A DNA stretch of 64,000 nt, taken from the NCBI GenBank assembly GCA_964500465.1, contig CAZCNB010000003.1, forward strand, positions 13,882-77,881. Direction: 5' to 3'. This DNA comes from an uncultured Candidatus Saccharibacteria bacterium (GTDB taxonomy: Bacteria > Patescibacteriota > Minisyncoccia > Phycocordibacterales > UBA9973). How positions within the stretch are numbered: the first letter of the stretch is position 1; each line of letters begins with the position of its first letter. Below, one piece after another: positions 8,698-18,615 of this stretch. The translations under genes and the position numbers were made by a program. The notes beneath the pieces are model-generated. The model saw only the letters and a program-made list of their open reading frames with translations, did not search any database and had not been told where the DNA came from.

Positions 8698-11394
8698 TTA
8701 TTTGTTATAAGGGCTAGGTTTTGAAACCTTTATATTTGATTTTATCTTTTTCTTTTTCATTTCAATCGAAAGCTCACTTCCTTTCATTCCTACCTCAACA
8801 ACATCACCTTTCTTTACACCTTTACTTATTATAAAAGATGCTATTGGATTCAAAATTTTATCTTGAATTAATCTTCCAAGAGGTCTTGCTCCATAATGCG
8901 GATTATAGCCTTCCTTTGCTAGATATTCTAATGCATCACTTGATACAATAAGTTCAATATTTTTATTCATTAGTCTTTCTCTAACAACCTCTATCTTAAT
9001 ATCAACAATGCTACGTATAACATTCATAGGTAGAATATCAAAGACGATAATATCATCTAGACGATTTAAGAACTCTGGTCGGAAATGATCCTTTAAACTT
9101 GATAGAACCTTGTCTTTAGTAGCTTTATACTCTTCTTCTTTTGAGTTGTTGGTAAAACCAATTGACTCCATCTTTTCAATGTAATTCGAACCGATATTTG
9201 AAGTAAGTATTATTATCGTATTTTTGAAGTTTACAATGCGACCCTTTGAATCAGTAAGTCTTCCTTCATCAAGAACTTGGAGGAGTACGTTAAATACTTC
9301 CGGGTGTGCCTTTTCTATTTCATCGAAAAGTATCACTGAATACGGTCTGTGACGAACAGATTCTGTTAGATTACCTGATTCATCATAACCAACATAACCA
9401 GGTGGCGAACCAATAAGCTTAGATACGCTATGACGCTCCATGTATTCACTCATATCTACTCGTATAAGCGCCTTATCGTCATTAAACATAAATCCTGCGA
9501 GAGCCTTGGTTAGTTCGGTTTTACCAACTCCTGTTGGGCCTAAAAATATAAATGAACCAATTGGCTTGTTTGGATCAGATATTCCGGCACGTGATCTTCG
9601 AACAACATTAGATATTTTTTCTATTGCTTCATCTTGCCCTACAACTCTCTTCTTAAGTTCATTTTCCATATTTGCAAGTTTTTCTCTTTCTTCTTCTAGC
9701 ATTTTCACTAATGGAATACCGGTCCAGCGAGAAACAACTTCTGCAACATCTTCTGCTGTTATATCTTCTTTTAGAATTCTTCTTGATTTTTGAAGCTTCT
9801 TTAAACGAGATAACTTTGACTCTAATTTAACCTCAAGAGCAGGTATTTCTCCATAACGAATTTCCGCAGCACGAGCAAGGTCTGATCTCATTTCAGCATT
9901 CTCCCCTTCAATACGAAGAGATTCTAATTCTTTTTTAATAGAACGGATTTCAACCACTGTTTCTTTTTCATTTTTCCACTTTAGTTCTAATTCTTTGGTT
10001 TTTTCTTTTAAATTAGCAATTTCTTTATCTATATCTTTTACGCGCGTTTTAGCATCCTTATGTTCTTCAGATTTTATAGATGCACGGGCAATTTCTTTGA
10101 GCAATGCTTCTTTTTCAATTTCGAAACGCATTATCTTTCTATGTGCATCTTCAAGAACTGGAGGCTTATTTTCAAGTGAGATACGAAGAGCTGAAGCAGC
10201 TTCATCTATTAAATCTACTGCCTTGTCAGGAAGATACCTATTTGTTATGTAACGTGTTGAAAGATTTACTGCAGAAATTATTGCATCATCTGTAATTCTA
10301 ACACCGTGGAATAATTCATATTTTTCTTTTAATCCACGAAGTATTGCGATGGCATCATCGGAACTAGGTTCATCAATAAATATTGGTTGGAAACGACGAG
10401 CAAGGGCTGGGTCTTTTTCTATATGTTTTTGGTATTCCTTTAGAGTTGTAGCGCCAATTGCACGAAGCTCGCCTCGAGCAAGAGCTGGTTTTAGCATATT
10501 TGAAGCATCTAGTGAACCTTCTGCAGAACCTGCACCAACAATAGTGTGTATCTCATCTATAAATAGAATAATTTTTCCTTCTGACTTTTCAATTTCCTTC
10601 ATAATTCCACGAAGACGTTCTTCGAACTCACCTCTGTATTTTGTACCAGCCAAAAGTAGACCTAAATCAAGAGCCACTATTTCTTTTTCGCGTAAACTTT
10701 CTGGAACATCATTCTTTGCGATTCTCTGTGCGAGAGCTTCGGCTACAGCAGTTTTTCCAGTACCGGCTTCTCCGATTAATATAGGATTGTTTTTTGTACG
10801 TCTTGAAAGAATCTGCATCATGCGCATTATTTCAGTATCACGACCAATAACTGGATCGAGCTTATCAGAACGTGCAAGGTCAGTTAAATTTCGAGTAAAC
10901 TTTGTAAGTAATTTTGGTTTTTTTGCTGATGTTGATTCGTTTACATTTTCACTTCTAAATACTTCGAGGATATTTAGTACTTGTTCTTTTTCAATTTTAA
11001 ACTTACCCAAAAACTCTCTGGCTTCACCGGGTGTTTCAAGAAGTGAAACAAATAAATGCTCAGTTGAAACAAACTCATCTTTCAAGGCAGAAGCGACTTT
11101 GCTAGAATTTTCTATGGCTGACGCAAGGTCAGGAGTAAGATAAAGTTGATAAGATGGAGAAAGAGTATTTCTATTCTCAGGAGATTCAATCATCTCAACC
11201 AAGTTATCCGTCATGAGCATTGTATCTATATCCATTCGATCAAGTATAGATATAACAAGCGAATCCTCTTGAATGAGTAAGGCTGTTAGTAAATGTAGTG
11301 CATTTACATGATTCTGGCCACGCTCAATTGCAAGCTCGTGAGCCTTTCGGATCGCCTCCTTTGCTTTAGTTGTAAAGTGGTTAAATGGTGGCAT
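8698..11394 (-). CDS. clpB: ATP-dependent chaperone ClpB (two AAA+ modules with long coiled-coil M-domain)
   Basis: Clp N-domain, Walker A GEAGTGKT and GPTGVGKT, a long coiled-coil middle domain, and a C-terminal Lys-rich extension. Confidence 0.9.
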   Translation of the reverse strand: MPPFNHFTTKAKEAIRKAHELAIERGQNHVNALHLLTALLIQEDSLVISILDRMDIDTMLMTDNLVEMIESPENRNTLSPSYQLYLTPDLASAIENSSKVASALKDEFVSTEHLFVSLLETPGEAREFLGKFKIEKEQVLNILEVFRSENVNESTSAKKPKLLTKFTRNLTDLARSDKLDPVIGRDTEIMRMMQILSRRTKNNPILIGEAGTGKTAVAEALAQRIAKNDVPESLREKEIVALDLGLLLAGTKYRGEFEERLRGIMKEIEKSEGKIILFIDEIHTIVGAGSAEGSLDASNMLKPALARGELRAIGATTLKEYQKHIEKDPALARRFQPIFIDEPSSDDAIAILRGLKEKYELFHGVRITDDAIISAVNLSTRYITNRYLPDKAVDLIDEAASALRISLENKPPVLEDAHRKIMRFEIEKEALLKEIARASIKSEEHKDAKTRVKDIDKEIANLKEKTKELELKWKNEKETVVEIRSIKKELESLRIEGENAEMRSDLARAAEIRYGEIPALEVKLESKLSRLKKLQKSRRILKEDITAEDVAEVVSRWTGIPLVKMLEEEREKLANMENELKKRVVGQDEAIEKISNVVRRSRAGISDPNKPIGSFIFLGPTGVGKTELTKALAGFMFNDDKALIRVDMSEYMERHSVSKLIGSPPGYVGYDESGNLTESVRHRPYSVILFDEIEKAHPEVFNVLLQVLDEGRLTDSKGRIVNFKNTIIILTSNIGSNYIEKMESIGFTNNSKEEEYKATKDKVLSSLKDHFRPEFLNRLDDIIVFDILPMNVIRSIVDIKIEVVRERLMNKNIELIVSSDALEYLAKEGYNPHYGARPLGRLIQDKILNPIASFIISKGVKKGDVVEVGMKGSELSIEMKKKKIKSNIKVSKPSPYNK

Positions 11395-11414
11395 ATATAT
11401 TATATATAAAACGA

Positions 11415-11957
11415 TTATTGCTTATTGTCAACTTCTCCATTTTCCTTCTTGTCTGTATCATCTGTTTTCTTTTTTTGAGAAATTTTTAGGATAGCAAAAC
11501 CATTAGAGAACTTTTTAATCACTGTTGCATTGAAATCAGTTTTATTAAGAATTACTTTATAATTTTCTTTATCACTCAATACACTTGAATCAACCAATAC
11601 TAAACCGACATCAGAAATTATAACGCCTTGTCCTATTGGTTTTGGTTCCTCGATAGAAGGATTACCTGGAAGCTGTACTGCAACTGCATCCTCTTGGTAA
11701 ATAGAAACAATTGCATCTCCATCTCCAAAAGTTACAGCATTTTTTGATGAATCTTTTTCACTACTTACACTTGGTGCTGGAACAGTTGTGACTTTTTCTA
11801 TAGTGCGTTGTATGACGTTATTTATAGTCTGTGGAACAGTTTTAGGCATCTGTTGCATTATAGAAACAGTTATAATTCCAGTTGCAATAGAAACAACAAA
11901 TGTAATAAGCAGTGTAAGTAATACTAATTGTGTTTTGTTTAGCTCTTTTATATCCAT
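11415..11957 (-). CDS. hypothetical membrane-anchored protein
   Basis: N-terminal TM ([21 protein letters not shown]). The central segment [51 protein letters not shown] resembles the first beta-barrel lobe of an HtrA/trypsin fold, with VDSSV in the place that normally carries the catalytic His. Confidence 0.45.
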   Translation of the reverse strand: MDIKELNKTQLVLLTLLITFVVSIATGIITVSIMQQMPKTVPQTINNVIQRTIEKVTTVPAPSVSSEKDSSKNAVTFGDGDAIVSIYQEDAVAVQLPGNPSIEEPKPIGQGVIISDVGLVLVDSSVLSDKENYKVILNKTDFNATVIKKFSNGFAILKISQKKKTDDTDKKENGEVDNKQ

Positions 11958-11984
11958 AGATCTATTATATCATAGCAGTCAAAT

Positions 11985-13199
11985 CTATTTCCACTTGGAA
12001 TATTTAGTTAAAATAAGTTTGATTGCATTAAACAAATTATCAATATCAGTTCTTTTAGTTTCTCTTCCAAGGGTTATTCTAATAGAACCTTCAACTGAGT
12101 TTTGCTTTAGACCTTTTGCATTACGAATAGCAGATATAACATAAGATTCATCTGGGTCATCACTTTTACATGCACTCTTTGATGATACCTCTATACCCCT
12201 TGCATCAAGTTCAACAACTAGAAGTTCACTAGGTATTTCTGAAATAGAAATATTTATATTGTTTGGTAGTCTTTTTTCTTTACTCCCATTCAATAAAAAT
12301 TGATATCGACCAATCTTACCAGACAAAGAAAGAAGTTTTTTTATACCATAATCACGAATACTTGTAAGTCTCTTAAATTCTTTTAATTTTACTTTCTCAG
12401 TTATCTCTAAAGCCTTGGTTAATCCAACTATTGATAAAAGATTTTCAGTTCCAGAACGTAAACAACTCTCTTGTCCACCTCCGTAATATATTGGTTCTAA
12501 GCTTATATTTCTCCTCTTATACAAAACCCCTATTCCTTTAGGGCCGTATATTTTAGAACTATTAAATGACATCAAATCTACCCCAAGTTTATCGACATTC
12601 GAAATATCTAGATAATTTATAGCCTGACAAGCATCTGTGTGAAATATTGGAAATATAGAATTATTTTTTTTTCTGACATATCTAATAGTTTTTGCTATAT
12701 CAACTATTGGTTCTATTGTTCCAATTTCATTGTTGGCATAAGAAACCGAAACAAGTATTGTATTTGACTTTAATGAATCTCTAATATTATTGGGGTTAAT
12801 TATCCCAAACTCATCGGGATTAATATATGTAACTTCGGCGTAATTATTTTTTTCAAGCATTCTACAATTCTCAAGTACAGAAGGGTGCTCTATAGAAGTT
12901 GTAATTATATGGGGTATTTTTTTACCCTTGTATTTATATATCGTACCTAAAATAGCAATAGCAACACTCTCAGTTCCTGATCCTGTAAAAATTATCTCGT
13001 CTGAGTGCGCATTAATAAATTTTGCTATTTTTTCTCTATTGCTTTCTATGACACTCCTAACTAGTACACCACTTTTGTGTATAGCACTTGGATTGGCAAA
13101 AAAACTTCGAAAAGAATCCATTGATTTTTGCACACTAACATCAACTGGAGTTGCAGAAGCATAATCAAGATATATTAATTTTTTATCATTTTTAGCCAT
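11985..13199 (-). CDS. cysteine desulfurase (class V aminotransferase, NifS/IscS-like)
   Basis: YLDYASATPVD, TSIEHPSV, HTDACQA, and a PLP-lysine region SFNSSKIYGPKGIGVLY. Confidence 0.85.
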   Translation of the reverse strand: MAKNDKKLIYLDYASATPVDVSVQKSMDSFRSFFANPSAIHKSGVLVRSVIESNREKIAKFINAHSDEIIFTGSGTESVAIAILGTIYKYKGKKIPHIITTSIEHPSVLENCRMLEKNNYAEVTYINPDEFGIINPNNIRDSLKSNTILVSVSYANNEIGTIEPIVDIAKTIRYVRKKNNSIFPIFHTDACQAINYLDISNVDKLGVDLMSFNSSKIYGPKGIGVLYKRRNISLEPIYYGGGQESCLRSGTENLLSIVGLTKALEITEKVKLKEFKRLTSIRDYGIKKLLSLSGKIGRYQFLLNGSKEKRLPNNINISISEIPSELLVVELDARGIEVSSKSACKSDDPDESYVISAIRNAKGLKQNSVEGSIRITLGRETKRTDIDNLFNAIKLILTKYSKWK

Positions 13200-13269
13200 A
13201 AAATATATACATTATCACTATATCACAGCATTGTAAAAAGACTAGAATTCATATATACTCTCGTAAGTT

Positions 13270-13713
13270 ATGAATACAATCATTCTAATTTACATATTAT
13301 CCTTTGTCGTAATATTACTCCTAGTATGGGTAATAGTAGTCGAGAGAAGGTTAAGAAGATTTTTTCTAGGCAAAAATGCAGAGAGTTTAGAAACACTAAT
13401 GGTAGACGTTTCAAAACAGGTTGAAAACTTAAAAAACACACAATTAGAAATAAATAAACATCTTGAAACAGTAGACAAAAGATTGAATAAATCGATACGC
13501 AGAATTGAAACAGTAAGATTTAATCCATTCTTAGATGCCGGAAGTAATCAAAGTTTTGCTATTTCTTTTTTGAATGATGAAGGAGATGGGGTTATTATTT
13601 CTAGCCTTTATGCAAGAGATAGGATGAGTATATTTGCAAAACCAATAACATCTGGAAAGTCAGAATTTGAATTATCAACAGAAGAAAAAGAAGTGCTTAG
13701 AAAATCTAAATAA
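13270..13713 (+). CDS. small membrane-anchored protein (tentatively DUF4446-like)
   Basis: N-terminal TM, then a coiled coil and the motif VRFNPFLDAGSNQSFAISFLNDEGDGVIISSLYARD. Family assignment is from memory only. Confidence 0.5.
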   Translation: MNTIILIYILSFVVILLLVWVIVVERRLRRFFLGKNAESLETLMVDVSKQVENLKNTQLEINKHLETVDKRLNKSIRRIETVRFNPFLDAGSNQSFAISFLNDEGDGVIISSLYARDRMSIFAKPITSGKSEFELSTEEKEVLRKSK

Positions 13714-15225
13714 ATGAATACCCAAAACCAAAAACAAAATACTGTTGAGCGTTCCCCTGTCGTTGTTGTGATGGGTCATGTTGATCACGGAAAATCGACA
13801 CTTTTAGACTATATTCGTAAATCAAATATAGTTGAAGCTGAAGCAGGAGGAATAACACAACATATAAGCGCTTACGAAGTAAGTCATAAGGATGAAAATG
13901 GCGAAAATAAAATGATAACTTTTTTGGATACACCTGGACACGAAGCATTTTCAAAAATGAGAACCCGTGGTGCAACAACTTCAGATATTGCAATTTTAGT
14001 TGTATCTGCAGAAGATAGTGTAAAAGCACAGACTCTTGAAGCTTATAACACGATAATTGAAAGCAAAATACCTTATATAGTTGCAATAAACAAAATAGAT
14101 AAACCGAATGCAAATATAGAAAAAGTAAAAATGGACTTAGTTGAAAAAGGAATATATCTTGAAGGTATGGGTGGAGATATACCATTTGTTCCTATCTCTG
14201 CTAAGAATGGTAGTGGTGTAAGTGAACTACTGGATATGATTCTATTAGTTTCTATGATGCATACTTTTGTAGGTGAAAGAGATATTCCTGCTAAGGGTAT
14301 AATAATAGAAGCTAATCGTGAACCAAAACGTGGCATATCAGCTACTGGTATTATAAAAAATGGAACGTTAAAAAATGGCATGTTCGTGGCATGTGGCAGT
14401 GCTATGGTAACTACAAGAATACTTGAGAACTTCTTAGGTAAACCTATAAAAGAGGCTTCTTTTTCATCCCCTATTAAACTTATTGGTTTTGACGCAATGC
14501 CTGAGGTTGGAAGTGAATTTGTATCTTTCAAAACCAAAAAAGAAGCTGAGGCTTATATAGAAGAATTTAAAGAAAACAAACTATCTCCTAAAAACGAAGA
14601 TTTTAAAAATAATGAAGCAGAAAAAATAATACCTATTCTTATAAAGGCAGATGTTGCTGGGACAATTGAAGCTATTGAAAAAGAAGTTAGTAAATTAAAT
14701 TGTAAAGAAATATCTTTTAAAATAATCAGCGGAGGTGTTGGTGCAATAAACGAATCGGACTTAAAGATGGCAAGTATAAATAAAGACACTTTGGTTATTG
14801 GATTTAATACAAAGATAGATAATGGGGCTCGAGATCTAAATGAGCAACTAAAAGTAAATATTGAAACGTTCGATATAATTTACAAACTAGTTGATAGATT
14901 GAAGGAAGTAATAGAAGAAAGGAAACCTCGACAAGAACAAGTCGAAGTAATAGGTGCAGTTAAGATACTAAAAACTTTTAGTGCAACAAAAGACAAACAG
15001 GTCGTAGGTGGAAAAGTCACAACTGGCAGAATTACAGACAATAGTAACGTCAGGATAATGCGAAGAGATTTCGAAATTGGTCGAGGTAAAATTGTTGGAT
15101 TACAAACCAATAAGATAAGAACGAGAGAAGTCCTAGAAGATACTGATTGTGGCATATTAGTAGAATCTAAAATAGACATAGCATCTGGAGATGTATTAGA
15201 AGCTTTTATTATGACTGTTAAATAA
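13714..15225 (+). CDS. infB: translation initiation factor IF-2 (short form, G-domain onward)
   Basis: G1 GHVDHGKSTLLD, G3 DTPGHEAF, G4 NKID, and IF-2 domains II-IV through the C-terminus. Only 503 aa, so there is no N-terminal extension. Confidence 0.9.
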   Translation: MNTQNQKQNTVERSPVVVVMGHVDHGKSTLLDYIRKSNIVEAEAGGITQHISAYEVSHKDENGENKMITFLDTPGHEAFSKMRTRGATTSDIAILVVSAEDSVKAQTLEAYNTIIESKIPYIVAINKIDKPNANIEKVKMDLVEKGIYLEGMGGDIPFVPISAKNGSGVSELLDMILLVSMMHTFVGERDIPAKGIIIEANREPKRGISATGIIKNGTLKNGMFVACGSAMVTTRILENFLGKPIKEASFSSPIKLIGFDAMPEVGSEFVSFKTKKEAEAYIEEFKENKLSPKNEDFKNNEAEKIIPILIKADVAGTIEAIEKEVSKLNCKEISFKIISGGVGAINESDLKMASINKDTLVIGFNTKIDNGARDLNEQLKVNIETFDIIYKLVDRLKEVIEERKPRQEQVEVIGAVKILKTFSATKDKQVVGGKVTTGRITDNSNVRIMRRDFEIGRGKIVGLQTNKIRTREVLEDTDCGILVESKIDIASGDVLEAFIMTVK

Positions 15226-15226
15226 A

Positions 15227-15559
15227 ATGGATAAAAAAGAATTTAGGGGTGAAAAAATTGCAGAACGTATAAAAGAATTGTCTGCATTATATATAGAAAA
15301 AGAATCTAGTAACACCTCGCTAATTACAGTAACTAGAGTATTGATATCTCCTGATAACAAAAATGCAACAATAATGATAAGTGTTTTACCTCGCGAAAAA
15401 GAAAATGCAGCTTATGGTTTTATTAAGAGGAATCTCGGAAATCTAAGAAAACATATAACTAAAAATCTTAAAATAAATCCTATTCCCTTCTTAGATGTTA
15501 AGATAGACGAGGGTGAAAAGAATAGACAAAAAATTGACGAATTGCTTCTGAAAAGTTAG
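15227..15559 (+). CDS. rbfA: ribosome-binding factor A
   Basis: 110-aa KH-like protein directly after infB in the conserved infB-rbfA order (RIKELSALYIEKE...ITVTRVLISPDNKNATI). Confidence 0.7.
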   Translation: MDKKEFRGEKIAERIKELSALYIEKESSNTSLITVTRVLISPDNKNATIMISVLPREKENAAYGFIKRNLGNLRKHITKNLKINPIPFLDVKIDEGEKNRQKIDELLLKS

Positions 15560-15571
15560 GATACGAGATAT

Positions 15572-15643
15572 GGCGTGGTGGCGAAGTGGTAACGCTGCGG
15601 TCTGCAAAACCGCCATTCGTGGGTTCGATTCCCACCCACGCCT
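15572..15643 (+). tRNA. tRNA-Cys (anticodon GCA)
   Basis: Acceptor ggcgtgg/ccacgcc with discriminator t, anticodon loop ctGCAaa, T-arm gtgggttcgattcccac. Confidence 0.8.
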
Positions 15644-15730
15644 CAAGGGCGCTGGAACATGCAAACTACTTTGCATGTGTGTGGAAATCGAAAGGTTTTT
15701 ATTTATCTAAGATATAAAAACACCCGCGGC

Positions 15731-15758
15731 GGTAGGCCGAGATTCCCACCCACGCCTC
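15731..15758 (+). repeat. duplicated 3' fragment of tRNA-Cys (18-nt exact copy gattcccacccacgcctc plus a degenerate upstream match), followed by a hairpin and T-run
   Basis: 15741-15758 is identical to 15627-15644 (T-arm 3' half, acceptor 3' strand and discriminator). It is followed by atgcgat-taa-tcgcat-ttttgtttt. Confidence 0.6.
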
Positions 15759-15795
15759 CATGCGATTAATCGCATTTTGTTTTAAAAATAGATAT

Positions 15796-15877
15796 GCCCA
15801 GGTGGCGGAATTGGTATACGCGCTAGTCTTAGGAACTAGTGGAGCAATCCTTGGAGGTTCAAGTCCTCTCCTGGGCA
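15796..15877 (+). tRNA. tRNA-Leu (anticodon TAG), type II
   Basis: Acceptor gcccagg/cctgggc with discriminator a, anticodon stem ctagt/actag around the loop ctTAGga, long variable arm, T-arm aggttcaagtcct. Confidence 0.8.
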
Positions 15878-15887
15878 CAATTAATAT

Positions 15888-15920
15888 AAAAACAGCCGTG
15901 TAACTCCGGCTGTTTTTATA
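15888..15920 (+). terminator. rho-independent terminator after the tRNA cluster
   Basis: aaaaacagccg-tgtaactc-cggctgttttt. Confidence 0.8.
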
Positions 15921-16142
15921 TTGACTGGTATTAAGTATATATGTTAGTTTAAAATAAAATAGATCTAAAAACTCAAAACCAAACTTATTATGCAAACAAG
16001 AAACACTACTTCGTTGCTTGTACTGTGGGGTAATAAAATACTCCTATTACCCTCTAAAGCCGGTAACAGTACCTCGGGTCAAGTTGACCCTCCTTCATGT
16101 TCCCTTTCGTTCAACTCTGAACAAGAAAGGATTCAACATGTA

Positions 16143-16430
16143 ATGAATAAACTGCTATCAGAAGCGGCGGCAAAAAATTTCTCAAACTTCTTTGAAAAGC
16201 TCAGGAATCCAATAAAATTCTCGCACAAAGATGAATTGGGAGAAAAGCTTTTCACAGGATACGTGGCTGTTATAAAAAAAGATTCGATACCCAATGAAAA
16301 CTTTATGGTGGATGAATCGGAAATCTGGGAAGAAATAACCGACATACATCAAGGCACAAGTACACTTATTATAACCCCTATGTTCAAGAGGGCTATATCT
16401 GAGCTCATTGGTGGCTACATAGCGGCATAA
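16143..16430 (+). CDS. hypothetical small protein (96 aa from ATG 16143; the ORF track extends it to 15990)
   Basis: ATG 16143 is preceded by aaggattcaac (SD-like). The 5' extension back to 15990 translates to low-complexity sequence and overlaps a hairpin-rich stretch, so I treat it as leader RNA. Confidence 0.4.
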   Translation: MNKLLSEAAAKNFSNFFEKLRNPIKFSHKDELGEKLFTGYVAVIKKDSIPNENFMVDESEIWEEITDIHQGTSTLIITPMFKRAISELIGGYIAA

Positions 16431-16519
16431 AAAACTGATAAGTAAGTGATATGGTTACTGGTCCGCCAGTAACCATTTTTTATTTGCAAAATTGCCTCAA
16501 ATATAGTAGTATTAACCCT

Positions 16520-16753
16520 ATGACGATTATTGCTAACGTATTACCATATATACAGATTATACTGTCTATTATTTTGGTTGTCGCAATTCTACTTCAACAA
16601 TCAAGCGCAGGACTTGGTGGCGCTCTTGGAGGTGGAGATGGTGGTGGTTTATATCACACTAGACGTGGCTTCGAAAAATTCCTATTTATTACAACTATTA
16701 TAGTTGGTATCCTATTTGCTGCTTCTGCATTTATTGCAATACTCGTTAAATAG
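16520..16753 (+). CDS. secG: preprotein translocase subunit SecG
   Basis: Two TM helices separated by a Gly-rich loop (LLQQSSAGLGGALGGGDGGG...RRGFEKFL). Internal ATG 16520 gives the usual ~77 aa; the ORF track starts at 16451. Confidence 0.7.
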   Translation: MTIIANVLPYIQIILSIILVVAILLQQSSAGLGGALGGGDGGGLYHTRRGFEKFLFITTIIVGILFAASAFIAILVK

Positions 16754-16785
16754 ATAAGTAAAAACTTGATAACAAAAGTGCAAAT

Positions 16786-18609
16786 ATGCATAATTTTCTC
16801 ACATTTATAAAAGAATTTCGCATGCCTAAAAAACAGGAGTTACTTGATGCTAGATCCTCTTTTTCTAGGAAGGAGCTTTCTACATTTATTACCTTTGTAG
16901 TTATATCTATAATAAGTATGATAATAATTGTAAGTAAAGTTAACAATTCTTTCATGGTAGAGGTACCAGCAAGTGGGGGCAAAATAACTGAAGGAATAAT
17001 TGGTATGCCAACTTTAGTTAACCCTGTACTTGCTTTAACTGATGCAGACAAAGATCTTACATCTCTAGTTTACAGTGGACTGATGAGGAAAACTCCAGGT
17101 GGAGACTTTATAAATGATATATCAGATTCATACACTGTATCTCCAGATGGAATGACTTACACATTTTCAATAAAAGATAATGCGAGATTTCAAGATGGTG
17201 TAAAAATAACAGCTGATGATGTAATATTTACAATAGAAAAAATAAAAGACCCTTTAATAAAAAGCCCAAGAAAAATAGGATGGGATGGTGTAAGTGTAAG
17301 TAAAAAAGATGATAAAACTGTAGTATTTACATTGAAACAACCATACATATCTTTTTTAGACAACACTACAATAGGAATACTACCAATGCATGTTTGGAAA
17401 AACGTGACACCTGCTGAATTCAATCTCTCAACATTAAACAATATAAGAGCTATTGGTTCTGGACCTTACAAAATTGACTCTGTATCAAAAAATAAAGATG
17501 GTGTCCCAGAAAAGTATAATCTAAAAAAATTTAAAGACTTCTTGCTTGGAGAACCTAATATAGAATATTTAAACATAGTTTCATATTCAAATGAAAAAGA
17601 ACTAATCGACGCACTTTTATCAAACACAATAAATCAAGCAAGTGGTATATCACCTGAAAATGCTCAAAAAATAGTATCTTACGGCTATAAAATAAATACC
17701 GCAAACTTACCTAGAATATTTGGATTGTTCTTTAATAGTAATCACAACAAAATCTTACAAGATAAAGACGTAGTTAAAGCGTTTGATAAAGCACTTAACA
17801 GGCAGGAAATTATAGATAAAGCTTTGAGTGGTTACGCAAGCGCAATACACGATCCTATACCTGATACAATAAAAAAAGACACTTTTGTTAAAGAATATAC
17901 AACATCAGGAATAGAAGAGGCTAGAGAAATTTTAGAAAAATCTGGTTGGAAGCAAGGAGTTGACGGCATAAGATCAAAAGGAGGTTCAACAACAGTAACA
18001 AAAACCAAAAAGGTTGGAAAGAAAACTGTTACAGAGAAAGTAACAGTAAACAATGGACCTGTGACAAGACTTGCATTTTCTATGACGACTGGAGATACAC
18101 CAGAGCTAAAAAATATAGCAAATTTGATAAAGGAACAACTTGAAAAATTAGGCGCTAGTATTGAAATAAAAATATATGAAACAGGACCATTAAATAATAT
18201 TATTAGATCACGTGAGTATGAAGCTTTATTTTTCGGACAAATTGTTAACCACGAGTCTGATTTGTTTTCATTCTGGCATTCAAGTCAAAAAAATGATCCG
18301 GGGTTAAACATAGCAATGTATAACAATAAAAACGTAGATGCTATATTAGAATCGGCTCAAAAAATACTTAAACCAGAAGATAGATTGAGTAAATACAACG
18401 ACTTTTTAAAGGAATTTGATAATGACGTACCAGCTTTACTTATATATTCACCAAAATACTTAAATGCAACATCATTAAAACTTAATAATATAAATTTAGG
18501 AACATTAACAATACCGTCGGACCGTTTCTTATCAATTTACAAATGGTATGCTGATACAGATAAAATTTGGAAAATTTTTGCAAAATCGTATACCAAAAAC
18601 ACAGAATAA
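16786..18609 (+). CDS. ABC-transporter family-5 (peptide/nickel-type) substrate-binding protein with N-terminal TM anchor; orphan
   Basis: SBP_bac_5-like region (LVYSGLMRKTPGGDFINDISDSYTVSPDGMTYTFSIKDNARFQDGVKITADDV). No permease or ATPase genes are adjacent. The true start may be Met-13 at 16822. Confidence 0.7.
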   Translation: MHNFLTFIKEFRMPKKQELLDARSSFSRKELSTFITFVVISIISMIIIVSKVNNSFMVEVPASGGKITEGIIGMPTLVNPVLALTDADKDLTSLVYSGLMRKTPGGDFINDISDSYTVSPDGMTYTFSIKDNARFQDGVKITADDVIFTIEKIKDPLIKSPRKIGWDGVSVSKKDDKTVVFTLKQPYISFLDNTTIGILPMHVWKNVTPAEFNLSTLNNIRAIGSGPYKIDSVSKNKDGVPEKYNLKKFKDFLLGEPNIEYLNIVSYSNEKELIDALLSNTINQASGISPENAQKIVSYGYKINTANLPRIFGLFFNSNHNKILQDKDVVKAFDKALNRQEIIDKALSGYASAIHDPIPDTIKKDTFVKEYTTSGIEEAREILEKSGWKQGVDGIRSKGGSTTVTKTKKVGKKTVTEKVTVNNGPVTRLAFSMTTGDTPELKNIANLIKEQLEKLGASIEIKIYETGPLNNIIRSREYEALFFGQIVNHESDLFSFWHSSQKNDPGLNIAMYNNKNVDAILESAQKILKPEDRLSKYNDFLKEFDNDVPALLIYSPKYLNATSLKLNNINLGTLTIPSDRFLSIYKWYADTDKIWKIFAKSYTKNTE

Positions 18610-18615
18610 AAATAT

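Noticed and set aside
9440-11143. Several plus-strand ORFs of up to 264 aa (9440-9793, 9995-10252, 10104-10295, 10349-11143) inside clpB
   Set aside because: They are antisense to a strongly supported ClpB reading frame, their products are low-complexity S/R/A-rich with no motifs, and AT-rich genomes commonly yield long antisense ORFs.
13706-15179. Antisense ORFs within infB (13706-14185, 14073-14537, 14553-14789, 14880-15179)
   Set aside because: Opposite a well-supported IF-2 frame, with no conserved motifs.
15491-15995. Minus-strand ORFs 15491-15676 and 15699-15995
   Set aside because: They overlap tRNA-Cys, the tRNA fragment and tRNA-Leu. The 'protein' RGLEPPRIAPLVPKTSAY is simply the reverse translation of tRNA-Leu.
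16451-16519. N-terminal 23-codon extension of secG from the ORF track
   Set aside because: The extension (MVTGPPVTIFYLQNCLKYSSINP) has no counterpart in SecG. Internal ATG 16520 gives the canonical ~77-aa two-TM protein.
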